A program made the position numbers and the translations under genes. Below the pieces are notes generated by a model. It did not search any database. It was given only the letters and a program-made list of their open reading frames with translations, and was not told where the DNA came from. 64,000 nt of DNA from Narcine bancroftii (taxonomy: Eukaryota): assembly GCF_036971445.1 (NCBI RefSeq), contig NC_091481.1, forward strand, positions 10,540,001 to 10,604,000, read 5' to 3'. Positions 25,244-37,735 of the stretch are shown here, piece after piece (positions within the stretch are counted from its first letter, which is position 1; each line of letters starts with the position of its first letter).

Positions 25244-26339
25244 TATTTGAGTTTGATAAGGACCTCCTGGTTGCAGGTCAGTTCACAGGTTTGGTCCGCA
25301 TAGACCTTAGAAATTAATTCTAGAGGTGAGATGAAAGTGACAGCCCTCAATATGCAGACATCATTCAACTAATTATGGCATCAAGGAGCCATGGTAAAAA
25401 TGAAGTAAGTGGGCATCTATAGAAACTTCAAAATAGTTACAGGTAAAAAAGAATATTTGAGAGAGATTTATCAGTACCATTTGTTAGTTATATGAAAAAT
25501 TCACAAATAAATAATAAGAATTTCTCAAAATGCTGCTACCTCCTTGGAACATCAAACAATAAATGGTTAATTGAACATGAAATTTAGTGTAGATCTAGAA
25601 TAGAAGAAAGAGTGCCTGTCAAAACTACCTTACATCCCACCAATCTCATCCCACCCAATCAAAAAGTCCTTCTGTTTCTTTCTCTGTCATCTATTTCATG
25701 TTTTCCCTTAAATGCTTCATTTGCTCCCACTGGTGCTGGATTTTGGGGCTGGTTCAATTAGGTCAGAGCTTCAGCACATCGCACCCTTCAACATGAGAAA
25801 ATAGAAAGAGAAAAATCCATTTGAACATAAGTTGTAAAATTCATCCTAATGTTTACATTGCTCCCTTAATTACACAACTTGTAAAAGTTCCAAACCCCAA
25901 GTATAATACAAATAAACTCCAGAATTCTGGGCTAGACTCACTTGTATGCCTTCACTGCCAGGAATTATCTGCCTTCACTCAACAGTTCAGATACCACTGA
26001 CCTCTAGCATATAACTGAGTAATCCAGTATGAGCCTTTCTCTAATACTTGTCAAGCCATCACCAACTGGATATTCACCAAAGGACTCATTCATCCCAGCC
26101 ACAACAGCTTTGCCCTTCTCCCTCAGGAGATACCATGGATCAGAAAGTAAACAAACCTATTTCCTTTAGGTTTTTCTGCTCTTCTTCTTGCTGGGACCGT
26201 CATGATAGTGATTCTATCAGAAAACTGCTCCCATTTCAACCCAAACCAAGTGCTCAAGCTTCACCCATATGCAAGGGAAAGTGGAATCAGTTTTTAAACA
26301 ACGAAACAACATGAGATACCCTCCAATCCTCCACCACCT

Positions 26340-28430
26340 CACCCTTAAAATATTTCTGCCAGGGCCCCTGCAATTTCCACACTAGACTCCCTCAAGGTCT
26401 GAGAGACTATCATATCAGACTCTAGGGGTTTATCTACCTTTATTCACTGTAAGTCAGAAAGAACCTCCTCTTTTTTAAATCTCTATATGTTGCATGCCAC
26501 TACTGCTTGTTTACCCTCCTTCCTTGTACACTATGCCAGTTTCCTGAGTAAATACTGATCCAAAAAAAAAAAAACTGTTTAAGATCTCCCCTATCTCGTT
26601 AGGCTCCACACATAGATGACCACTCTGATCTTCTAGAGGACCATTTTGTCCCTTACTATCCTTTTACTCTTAACATTCTTGCAGAAAACCTTCGGGTTTA
26701 CCTTCACATTATCTGCCAAAGCAACCTCATGTCTTCTTTTTGCCTTCCTAGTTTCCTTCTTGAGTATTTTAGTACATTTTCTATTCTCTTCTAGTACCTC
26801 ATTTGCTCATTGCCTATGCCTGCTATACACCACTTCTCTTTCTTTTAACCAGATTGCTGATAACCCTTGAAAATCATGGTTCCCCATGCCTGTTAACTTT
26901 GCCTTTAATCCTGACAGGAGCATGAAAACTTTGCACTCTCAAAATTTTGCCTTTGAAGGCCTTCCACTTACTGAATACATCTTTGCCTAAAAACCACATC
27001 CAAATCCACTCTTTGTAGATCCTTTCTCATTTCCACCAAATTGACCTTTTTCCAAATTAGAATCTTACCTCAAGGACCATACATAATTAACGAAACTAAT
27101 GACATTATGGACCCAAAATTTGCCTACACATTAGGGAACCAGATAGATCAGGTACTGCATCCTCCTTTGTTTGTACCTCTGCATATTGATTAAGAAAACT
27201 TTCCTGAACACTTTTGACAAACTCCAAACCATCCAGCCCTTTTACAGTATGGGAGTCCCAGTCAATATGTGGAAAGTTAAAATCTCTACTATCACAACTT
27301 TCTGTTTTTTTACATCAGTTTGCTATTTCTCTATGGTTTTATAAAACAAGCCTTTCAGTGTGGTCACACCATTCCTATTCCTCAGCTCCACCCATATGGC
27401 CTCTGTAGATGAGCCCTCTGGGCCGTCCTGACTAAACACATCTGTGATTTTTTCCTGACTAGCAATGCCACTCCTCCCCCTTTCATCCCTCTCCTCGATC
27501 ACATCTGAAACCATGGAACCCTGGAACATTGAGGTGCCAGTCCTACTCCTCCTACAACCAAGTCTCACTAATAGCAATAACGTCATAATCCCACATGCCA
27601 ATCCATGATCTAAGCTTGTCTGCCTTTCCAACAATACTCCTTGCATTGTCCCAACGTGCAGCCTTCGCATGACCTTCATCCTCCTCCACCTCACTATCTA
27701 CTCTAACATTCTGGTTCCCATCCCCCTGCCAATCTAGTTTAAACTCCCCCTCCCCTCCCCTCAATTCTGGTTCCCATCCCCCTGCCAATCTAGTTTAAAC
27801 TCCACCCCCTCCCCTCCCCTCCAGTTCAGGTGCAAACCTTCTAATCAGAACAGGTTTCACCTTCCCTGAAACAGAGCCCAAATGTCCAGAAACATGAAGC
27901 CCTCCCACCTGCACCATCTCTTTAGCCACATATTGAGCTGCATTAACTTCCTATTTCTAGCCTCTCTAACACGTGGCACAGGTAGCACTCCTGAGATTGC
28001 AACTGGAGGTCAAGTCCTTCAACTTTTCCCCCCAACTCCCTAAACTCTCTTTGCAGGACCTCCTCATCCTTCCTACCCACATCATTGGTCCCTACAAGGA
28101 CCACAACATCTGACTGTTCACCCTCCCTCCTGAGAATAACGAGAACTTGATCAGAGCTATCGCAGACCCTGGCACCAGGGAGGCAACAGACCATCCGGGA
28201 TTCTTGATCTCTCCCACAGAACCTCTTACCTGTCTCCCTAACTGCTTTCCCCTTGTCTCTCCTTCCTTTCTAGGGTGAGGGTCCAGTATTTGGTAGGTCA
28301 TCCCCACCAAATGTATCCAAAATGGTATACTTATTGTTTATGGTGATGTCCACAGGGGTGCTCTGCTCTCTATGTCTATTCCCCTTCCCTCTCCTGACAG
28401 TCACCCAGCTACCTGCCTCCTGACTTTTGG
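26340..28430 (-). mobile_element. CR1-type LINE remnant (ORF1 esterase and ORF2 endonuclease)
   Basis: VCCLPGARV..VVLVGTNDVG (SGNH esterase) and NARSIVGKADKL..YDVIAISETWL (APE); local tandem duplication at about 27709-27825. Confidence 0.85.
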
Positions 28431-28494
28431 AGGGGGGGGGTGCGTCTCCCTGAAATTATCACCCTCTCTGCCTCTCAAATGATCCAGAGTCCAA

Positions 28495-28770
28495 AAGAGC
28501 ATAACTACTGGAGCTCACAGGTTACACTGCCATTCATCCTCCCCTTGCTTGCTCCTGTGCCCTCTCTCCCATATTATCTCCTGTTTTTGGGAACCTGCTC
28601 CAACCCATACCCCTCTTCACCACCCCCCCCCCTTTACTGGTTTGTAGTCTGCCTCCATTTTTACATACCTTGATGAAGGGCTCAAGCCTGAAATGTTGGT
28701 TATGTATCTTTATCTTTGCTATATAAAGTACACTGTTAGACTGAGTTTTTCCAGCACTGTTTTTCACACT
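28495..28770 (+). mobile_element. Penelope-derived terminal repeat with the best-preserved minimal hammerhead motif (28663-28705)
   Basis: ACATACC TTGATGA A GGGCT CA AGCCT GAAAT GTT GGTTATGT. Confidence 0.65.
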
Positions 28771-29689
28771 GCCCACTGTTCTGTTGGAATGGAGAATTTC
28801 TTAAAGGTTTCTAACAATATCTCCAAAAACTCAATTCATGCTACTGAGTAGTCTTTTACACATAATAAATACAGTTGCTTATTTTTCAGTTACTGTGTTA
28901 TTTTTTCACCCAATTCTGAGCCAAAGATGACAGGGTCATGGTCTGTTTGCCTTCTTAGAGGATTTGACTTCAGAGCAACATTTTCTTGTTCCAAATACAT
29001 TCAATGTTGGTGAGTCCACATCCAGAAAATAGTGCAGATGCCTGGTCTTCCTATCTGAGAAAGAATTTGCTCGTGATTCAAGGGAGTGCATTGAAGATTC
29101 CCACAGGGTTTTTGTTTTTCCGAAATAAGATGAAGTAGGCTTGGCATATCTTCTCATGAGTTCAGACAAATGACTGGTGATCTCATTGGGACTTGTAACA
29201 TCCTCCTGGGGCTTGACAGAGGAAATGCAAGTGAGATAGATGACCATTGCCAAACAAATCCCTTAGCTGGGATCAAGGGCTCACCGCCCCAAAATAAATA
29301 GACATTTTAGTATTGAAATGGGAACAAACCCAGAGAGTAATTATCTTGGGATTCCTTGTGAAGTCGACAACGTCTGTTCACTCGATCAATCTATAGACAA
29401 GTACGAAATAATCAACGAATAGGGCATGAGAGGAGGAAGGGCAGCCATGGTCAATGGCGGGAAGATGAGGGGCTGAACGGCCCCTACTTTTGAAATGTCT
29501 TCTGGATGTTCCTGCTTTCAAAGATCACCCAAGTCAAATTTACGAGGACTTGTTTTTGTCTGTCCCAGCAACAAACATGCTCGAACGCCGTGCAGGTTGA
29601 AGAGAACGACGCTTAATCTGGCAGCCGAAGGAGAAATGGTTCCAGAATTTTCGAAAGCCTCATAAATCAGATGCCACACCCTGGGGGCT

Positions 29690-29960
29690 GAGGACTTTGC
29701 GCCGAGTTAACTGCGAGCTCGACAGGCGTCCGGCTCTCGTGCTCCCTTGCACAAGGTTGTGTGGGGGAGCAGGAAGGCGGCAAGTTTGCCCCCCACTCCC
29801 CGGGCCAGCACCGACCTTGAGCGCGGCCCCGGCCCCGACAGCACGCGGGAACTGACCTTGGTTGACGGCACGCGCGCTCCTGCCGCCGACTGCGGCCGCT
29901 CCTCGCTGCCCCGGGCTGCCCACGGAGTCCGGAGGCGCCACGGGGCTGAGGTGAGTGCAT
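29690..29960 (+). promoter_or_regulatory. CpG island promoter and probable non-coding first exon of CPA gene B (donor GAG|gtgagt at 29950/29951)
   Basis: Dense CpG, consensus donor, and a matching orphan acceptor ttcttag|ACAATG 3 nt before the gene B ATG. Confidence 0.65.
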
Positions 29961-31444
29961 TCGGGGTTTCTGTTTATTATGGTGGATGGAGCGGGCTGTT
30001 GGTTGGTTTCGTGAGGCCATGTGCCCTGCTTGGCCCGTTCACCTTCAGCGATTTGCCCTGCAGAGGTGACTGGGGTGGGGGGGGAGAAAGAGAGAGCTTG
30101 GATCAACAGGACCTAGAGTTGGGTAAAGATGGAGATGCTTGTGGTGGGTCATGATCACCAAATTGTTGTCACCATCACTGGCAGTGCCAGCATTTATTGC
30201 CCATCCCTCACCTCCCCCTGCTGTCCTCTCACACTGCTGTTGGGAGGCAGTTCCAGGACATGGACTCCGTGTGAGTGGAGAACCTGATTTCCAAATCAGG
30301 GTGATGGGCAACTTGAAAGGATCGGGTGTGCCCTTGTTCTTCTTGGGAAAGGGGCTGGTTTAGGAGGTGCTGTCAGGAAAGTTTAGGTAACTGTGATGCC
30401 CGTTAAAGAGAGGTGGTGCAGGCAATGAATGCTTCAGGTGGTAGTAAAAACACAATGTTGGAGAAACTCAGCAGGTCAATCAGTGCATTGTATCTGATAC
30501 ATAAAGAATGTTTCGGGCTTCAGCCCTTCATCCACAGTGTCTGCAGACTTTTGTTTTGCTTCGGGTGATGGATTGGGTACCCAGGGTGTATAGTCCAGTT
30601 GTAATTGCCTAGTCAAGTGGAGATGATTCTATCACACTTAGTTTGTGCATTAGAGATGGTGATAATACCTTGAGGTGTCAGGAGCTGTGTCACTTGCCCA
30701 GGATATTGGCAATATTGAAGTGCCTAGTCAAGTTATGTTCTGGTCAATATTAACCCTCAGGATGTTCATAGTTGAGGGAAGGCCTTGGTAATGCCATTGA
30801 ATATCAAGGGTGGGCAGTTAGATGACCATTGTCAAACATATCTTGCCTAAAGTCCATACTTGAATGCTGGCTTGATTTTGCGAAGTGAACTCATAGAATG
30901 CTTTATTTGCTGAGGAGTAAAAATGGAATTAAATATTGTGTGATCAAACATATATGTACAGATTCTTGTGTTTTGTCATACTGATCGAAGCAAACAGGGG
31001 GTTAAAGTGAAGCACAAATCTGCTCCCAGCTGCATTTCAGTTCCAGATTAATCAACTCCATACTCCATGGTTCTGTCTTTAAAGAAACAGCAGGGGATAG
31101 AAAATTCACTTGATCTATGGTCAGATCTAGATCTAATCCATGCTCCAGAGACTTGAAGCGATGCCAACAACTTTGAATGTTCTGTAGCCAGGAGATAATA
31201 AAAGTTTCTCCCACATCCAAACCCCACATCAAAAATTAAAGAACTGAAATTTTAGATGTTCAGTATTCTCTTTTTGCTCATGTTTACATGACTGATTAAT
31301 GCCAGCAAATCACATATGGAACAGCATCAAGATGTGCTCTTCATAGGGCAGCTAGTTATTACTGGGATCTTCTAAACAAAAGCTGGAATGCTTGCTAGCA
31401 TTGGTTAATTGACTCTTACTGCATTTTTTAACTGCAACATGCAT

Positions 31445-31845
31445 CAGAGTGTTGAATCAGAATTTATTGTTATGAACGTGTCACGAAATTCATTGTTTTG
31501 CAGCAACAGTCCATACATTTATATAAACCACCTTACACAATAAATAAAAAATAGTGTAAAAAAAAGACAGATCAAGGCAGTGTCTCTAGTTCATTGTTCA
31601 TTCAGGAATCTGATGGCAGAGGGGAAGAAACTGTCCTTGTGCCACTGAGTGTTCATCTTCAGGCTCCTGTACCTTTTTTCCAATGATATCAGAGTGAAGC
31701 AGGCATGGCCTGGGTGGTGGGGGTCCTTAAGGATAGAAGCTGCTTTCTTAAAACACTTCATCTTGTAGATGTCCTTGATGGAGTGAAAGCTGTTACTCAT
31801 GGTGTCGCTGGTCAAGTTAACAACCTTGTGGAGTTTTTTCGTTCT
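31445..31845 (-). mobile_element. Rex1-type LINE 3' fragment
   Basis: ORF KKAASILKDPHHPGHA..HKDSFFPSAIRFLNEQ. Confidence 0.8.
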
Positions 31846-32568
31846 TGACAGGCAAAATTTAACCAAATAGTAAGATGACTGACAATATCAAAATGTTTAA
31901 TTTTAGTTTGGAGAAGAGCGATGTGGAAGGTTTGTTTCTTGGGGGAATTCCAGAGCTTGGCTGCAAACTAAAAATGGGTCTGCCTCAGAGAGCAGAAATG
32001 GGAGGGGTAGGGCACAAAGATCTTAAATGGTTGAAGAAATTATGATTTCAGAGAGAAGATGAGTTCGTGGAGGTACAAATTAAAGGAGAGAATTTTCATA
32101 TTGCTGTATTGATGGTTAGAAGCTTTTGGTGGTCACCATTGTCAGGTGGGAGGTGTGCAGGGGGATAGGGTTTGACAAAATTAGGTCATGGACAGCAGTT
32201 TTAGTTGAGCACCAAATGAGAAAGGTGAGAGACTGGTTTGGAGAATAGTCGAGTCAGAGGTTAAAATATGCTTCAGCGGCAGGTGATAGGCAGCAGCAGA
32301 AAGCAATAGTTGTTTGGCAGGGAATTCACTGAGCTGGTGATAGGAAGGATGTGGGGCTAGAGGCTTAGCTCAAAATGAAGCAGGAACTTTTAGCATTAAT
32401 TCCTCAGGAATGCACTGATCCAGGGTCAGATTGGTCTTGAAAATGTCAAAAACCCATTGGAGACTCCATTTAATGGAAACTATGGTAATGAAAATAGTGT
32501 TTAAATTACCAAATACGTTTGTGTGACGTTAAGTGACACTGCTTTCATGTTCTTAAACTTCTTAGACA

Positions 32569-32636
32569 ATGAAGACATCCTGGCTCTTCCTCAACATTGT
32601 TCTTGTGGCTGCTCACAGACAGGTAACTTACAATGG
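32569..32636 (+). CDS. Procarboxypeptidase A-like gene B, coding exon 1 (MKTSWLFLNIVLVAAHRQVTYNG)
   Basis: ATG in ACAATGA, signal-peptide-like, gtaagt donor in phase 2. Confidence 0.85.
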
Positions 32637-33471
32637 GTAAGTATTTTCCTTTGGTCATCAAGTTTTCCTGTGCCATGATTGTTGATGGACAAGTCATTCA
32701 GTGTACTTCCTTTTTCTTGTTGCATCTGCAAGCAGGTTTTACCTCCCAGTTCTCCCACCAAGACCCTTTTTAAGAAATCAGTTGGTTAGCTGAGGCTTCC
32801 TCGTGGAAATCCAATGAGGGCATTTCGCAAGCCGTTAAACATTAATGATATCGTGAGAAAAAGCAAAGAATTAGTACTTTTTGCAAGTGTATGTTTTGTA
32901 AGATCCTCAATTTCAGATTGTATATGACTTGGCTATCATAGCCTGAATAAATGAACTCTTTAGACAGATTAACAATGGAAGATAGATTGAATAGAAAAGA
33001 AAACTTGGTGTAACATACTTCATTTTGATAAGAGATTAAGATGGTGATTCATGGATTCTTTTATTTAAATTTTTTCTTCAAAGAAAAAATGGTTAAATAC
33101 CTAATAAAAGTAGGGTAGTATCCTGCATGAATATCAAAGCTAAGAGATGTAATCTTGCTACCCATGTTGCCTGGATTAGAAAATATGAGTTAGAAAAGAT
33201 TGCATAAACTTGAATTGTTTTCTCTGAAGTATCAGAGGCCAAAGGGTGACCTGATAGAAGTATATCAGGACCAGGTTCCATTTAAATTGACATTATTGTC
33301 AGCACAAGGATCGTGGGCTTAATAAACCTCTGCTTATGTTGAAGGGCGAATCAAGGCTAAGTCTAAACCAATCATAGGTTAGCAGACTAATAAAGGCTAA
33401 AGGAATAAAAGAAAAAAGAAAAAAACTTTGAACTATAAAAGCACACCACCTGCACCATGTCCCACTTTCTC

Positions 33472-34130
33472 TTTTTTTTTTGATTATTTTATTTATATTT
33501 TCAAGTCAACATGAAATTCATCAATTACATAAAAGAAACGTAATTTTATCATTCAATGTTGATCTTGAGTAAGAAAGAAACAAAAAAAGAAGCCCTAATC
33601 CTACCTCCTCCCATCCACCCAGGGGGGAAAAAGAGAAATATTCAATAGAATTGAAGAGAGAAAAGAAAAAGACGAAAAAAAAAGGATTCATTGGATTCAC
33701 CAATCTCCTGTCAAGGGGCAAATATCCTGACTTACCCAGAATCCCAGGTGGTTTCTGGATTGCAGGATGCCAAGAGCCAGGAGAGTGGGGGTGGGGGTGC
33801 GTCATTAAGAATCTACACCTACATGTTGAAGATATGGACTTCAAATTTTTTTTAAAAACATTGTATTTTTTCCTAAAATTGTAAGTAATTTTCTCCAGGG
33901 GAATACAAGCATATATTTCTGCTTTCCATCGGGTCATATCTAGATGGGAATCAGATTTCCAGATAACTGCTGTACACTTCCTGGCCATTGCCAATTTGAT
34001 CTTTACAAATTCTAATTGGTGTTTTGACAGCCTCATTTTAGGTCTTGCATCTGCTATATTTCCCAATATCAACAATTCCAGTATCCGTATAAATCAAATC
34101 TTAGTGATGTTTTTCTAGAAGATTACTTTC
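33472..34130 (-). mobile_element. L1/Tx1-like LINE 3' end
   Basis: ARKCTAVIWKS..W...IPLEKITY, typical of fish L1 ORF2 C-termini; poly(A)-like tail. Confidence 0.75.
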
Positions 34131-34702
34131 TTGGTTATTTTTGATTCCCTGCTATGACGGATTGTTATCATACCCCTATTTTGAAGGGTGGGGAGGGTGA
34201 GAACCAATCAATCTGTGTGCCGACGTACGTCAAGTAAGGTTGCTACACATCAGCAGGGAGGAAGTCCAAGTGCGAATGGAAAAAATGAATTGTCAATGTC
34301 ATGTTACACTTTATGGTTTTGTATGCTTGAAGTCGATTTAAAATGTGGCAGAAAATCACAAGAATAGATTGTATCTAAAAACTGTTCGTAATAGGAAAGT
34401 TTTCAAGTGACATTGTGATCAGCTGTCCAAAATAAATAAAATACATCCAAAAGTGTTCAGGAAGCTAAATCTTCCTTGTCCAGTGTTAGCTTTGAATTTG
34501 CCACCTTTGAGCATAGGTTGCATCTCTGGTTATCCGCTTTTCCGTGAAAATTGTGATTAAGAGCTAAGCCCTTGATTTTGAAAACTGAGTAGGTTTGATG
34601 GGGTTATTACTTTCTTCACTCTTCTACATTTAGACATCTTTGTATTTGTAATTTGATTTTAATAATCTATAAATTTATCTTGATGAAAATCCTACCTCTC
34701 AG

Positions 34703-34784
34703 TGACCAGGTGCTCCGGATCACTGCCAGCAATCAGAAGCAGCTCAATCTGGTGAAGTCCTTGGAACAATTGGAGCATCTGAAG
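34703..34784 (+). CDS. CPA gene B exon 2 (DQVLRITASNQKQLNLVKSLEQLEHLK)
   Basis: 82 nt, ag/gtaatt. Confidence 0.93.
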
Positions 34785-35019
34785 GTAATTGACCTTGTAT
34801 TTTGTGTCAGTGCTTGTTTGTGAATTTTGGAGAATCTATAGCTTAATTGCAGAAATGAATATTAACCAATACATGAAGCTAATGCAATCACATTTTTAGG
34901 ACTCTATTTTGCCCAATCTTTTCATTTCCTACCACTTTTGACAACTCTTGCTTAAGTTAGAATGGGAAGTTAGCTCTTTTACCGACAGCAATGTATTGCA
35001 GCAAGCAAAAGCGGCTTTC

Positions 35020-35359
35020 TGTGATCCATGATCAGGCAGCTTAGAATAAAAGACATGAGCTGTCAAGGTTTGATGTGGAAGAGCATGGGCATGGTGATAA
35101 CTACTACATTGGCTGCACTCCTACCAGCCTACTGCAGGGGACAACCACTGTACCCGCTGGTAGGCAACCAGGAAGGCTGGCCCCACCTGCCGGCTGTCAT
35201 TCACCGACTATATAAAGACTCGAGCCAGCTCCTTCAGGGGACAGTCAGACGTGGAGCCAGTGAAGATACTAAGACTGGTGTACAAAGTTTAAGCTAATTA
35301 AAGCCTGTTGTGCAGTCTGTGGACTTTGGGTCAGAATTATTTGCTCAGCAGTGCTCACA
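35020..35359 (+). mobile_element. Probable solo LTR
   Basis: TGTGA...TCACA termini, internal TATATAAA and ATTAAA; no TSD seen. Confidence 0.45.
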
Positions 35360-36289
35360 ATGGAATTCTCAGTTGGAGAACTAGAGGTAAAGAGACTTGC
35401 ATTTATATGCACCTTACATAATTTTAAGATACCCCAAGACCCATACACCACAAGTTTTCTGATTGTTGTAGGAAATACAGTAGCCAATTTAAACACAGTA
35501 AAATAGTATCATGGAGGATCTTTTGTTTACACCTGTGTCTGATCTGAAAATTAAGCTTCTCGGAGTGCAGTACTACAACTTTGATTGTCCTAAGTCTTTG
35601 CTCAGTACCCAGCCTCCTGAGTTTTCCCCTCATCTACTAATTAAATCACTGTTACCATGGTCAAACATCCTGCAGGAAATCGCTATTGACATGCTTTCAC
35701 AGATGGGAAAGCCAGGGTCTCAATATGAATTGGCTTCAAAGAGGCTGAATGTTTGTAAGTGCTTGTGCCATTTACAAGCATTCAAAAATGTTCAAAATCT
35801 ATTGAAAATTAAACATTCTATTAAAAAATTTGTGAAGATTAAAAATGTACTGGAAATAGATAAATGTGTGTATTTTAATTTCACTAAATAATTGTAAGTT
35901 AGCTTTCACTTAACCTTCTGTTATTTCCCTCCCTAAACCAAATGGGTTCCCTGTTCTTGATGTGGGATCGGCAGTTACATTTCCAGTGTATATTCACATG
36001 AAATTGCCAGAATTTCTAAAGATTTGGACCATTATGCTCTCAAAACTCTGGAGAGCACCTAAGTCTATCATTTTCTGATTCAGAGGCAAATCACCTGAGA
36101 GTAGAGTTGACAGGAATGTGTAGAGAATAGAAATTTGGATGTGTCTAACTAGGTGCTCGATGGTTATTGTGGACTCTGCAGGCCTGGTTCTGTGCTCTAT
36201 GATTGGGACAAATGCTCTCTCAGACACATTTCTACAGCATTTTATGTAATATAGATATTATGAAACCTCCCTTTCTACTGCCCTTGCAG

Positions 36290-36424
36290 TTGGATTTCTG
36301 GAAAGAACCTGAGAGGAGCTCCCTCCCCATTGACCTACGGGTTCCTGCGAAGCATGTCAACAGAATCAAAAGATATCTGAAGTCTAAAGACATTACATAC
36401 TCTATCATGATCAAGAACCTACAG
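36290..36424 (+). CDS. CPA gene B exon 3 (LDFWKEPERSSLPIDLRVPAKHVNRIKRYLKSKDITYSIMIKNLQ)
   Basis: 135 nt, ag/gtaatc. Confidence 0.93.
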
Positions 36425-36737
36425 GTAATCTGGAAACACATCAGACTCCTTGTCCGTCCAGTGCCAGTTGTCAGGAAATAGATGCAGCAAATGAACCTAA
36501 TGATGCAGAATTGTTTGGTGGGTCCCAATCTCATGACAAAAAAAAGGTACTAACACAACCAAGTAGTCTGGGCTACTTGGTTCAAGAAACCTTGGAGTGC
36601 AGGTAGGTAAGGGGAAACTTTGATAGAGGTGTATAAAATCGTGAGGGGCATAGGTAAAATACATTGTCATAGCCTTTTCATCAGGATAGGGCAATCTTAA
36701 ATTATACAGTGAGAGGGAAAGATTTAAAAGGGTCTAA

Positions 36738-37735
36738 GAACCATAGAATTTATAGAAAACTGACCATCAGCCCTTCTAGTCTGTGCCGACCACCACTCCA
36801 CTAGTCCCATTGACCTGCTCCCATTCCATATCCTCCAGACCACTCACATCCATGTATTTATCCAATCTATTCTTAAAAAAGATCGAGCTTGCATTCACCA
36901 CATCAGATGGCCATTCCACACTCCCACCACTCTCTGAGTGAAGAACTTTCCACTAATGTTCCCCCTAAACTTTCCCCTATCAGCTTAAAGCTATGACCTC
37001 TCCTATTTATCTCCTCCAATTTGTGGGGAAAAAAGCCTACTTGCATCCACTCTGTTTATACCTCTCATAATCTTGTAAACCTCTATCAAATCTCCCCTCA
37101 TTTTTCTTCGCTCCAAGAAATAAACTCCTAACCTGTTTAATCTTCCCCTGCAATTCAACTCCTGAAGACCCAGCAGCATCCTAGTAAATCTTCTCTGCAT
37201 TCTTTCAGTCTTATTGATATCCTTCCTGTAGTTAGGTGACCAGAACTGCATATAATATTCCAAATTTGGCCTCATCTATATCTTAAACAACTTCAACATA
37301 GCATCCCAACTCCTATACTCGATGCTAAGATGCCAAAAGCTTACTTTACAACCATGTCCACCTGCAACACCTCCTTCAGTGAACAATGTTTCTGTATTCC
37401 CACATTTCTCTGCTCCTCTGCACTCCTCAGTGCCCTATCATTTACTGTGTATGTCCTACCTTGGTTTGCCCTTCTAACATCCAATACTTCACACTTGTCT
37501 GCATTAAACTCCATCTGCCATTTTTTGGCCCATTCTCCCAGTTGATCCAGATCCCTCTGCAAGCTTTGAAAATCTTCATCGCTGTCCACAACGCCTCCTA
37601 TCTTTGTGTCGTCAGCAAACTTGCTGATCCAATTTCCCACATTATCATCCAGATCATTGGATGATCATTGGATAAACAACAAAGAAGAGAGGTCCCAACA
37701 CAGATCCCTGAGGCACACCATTAGTCACAGGCCTC
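36738..37735 (-). mobile_element. CR1 LINE RT 3' end, inserted into an older plus-strand CR1 fragment
   Basis: ISKFADDTKIGG..WQMEFNADKC and RPNLEYYMQFWSP..RGDLIEVYKIM. Confidence 0.9.

Noticed and set aside
29660-30154. 117-148 aa ORFs on both strands
   Set aside because: Expected in GC-rich CpG-island sequence; no recognisable domain.
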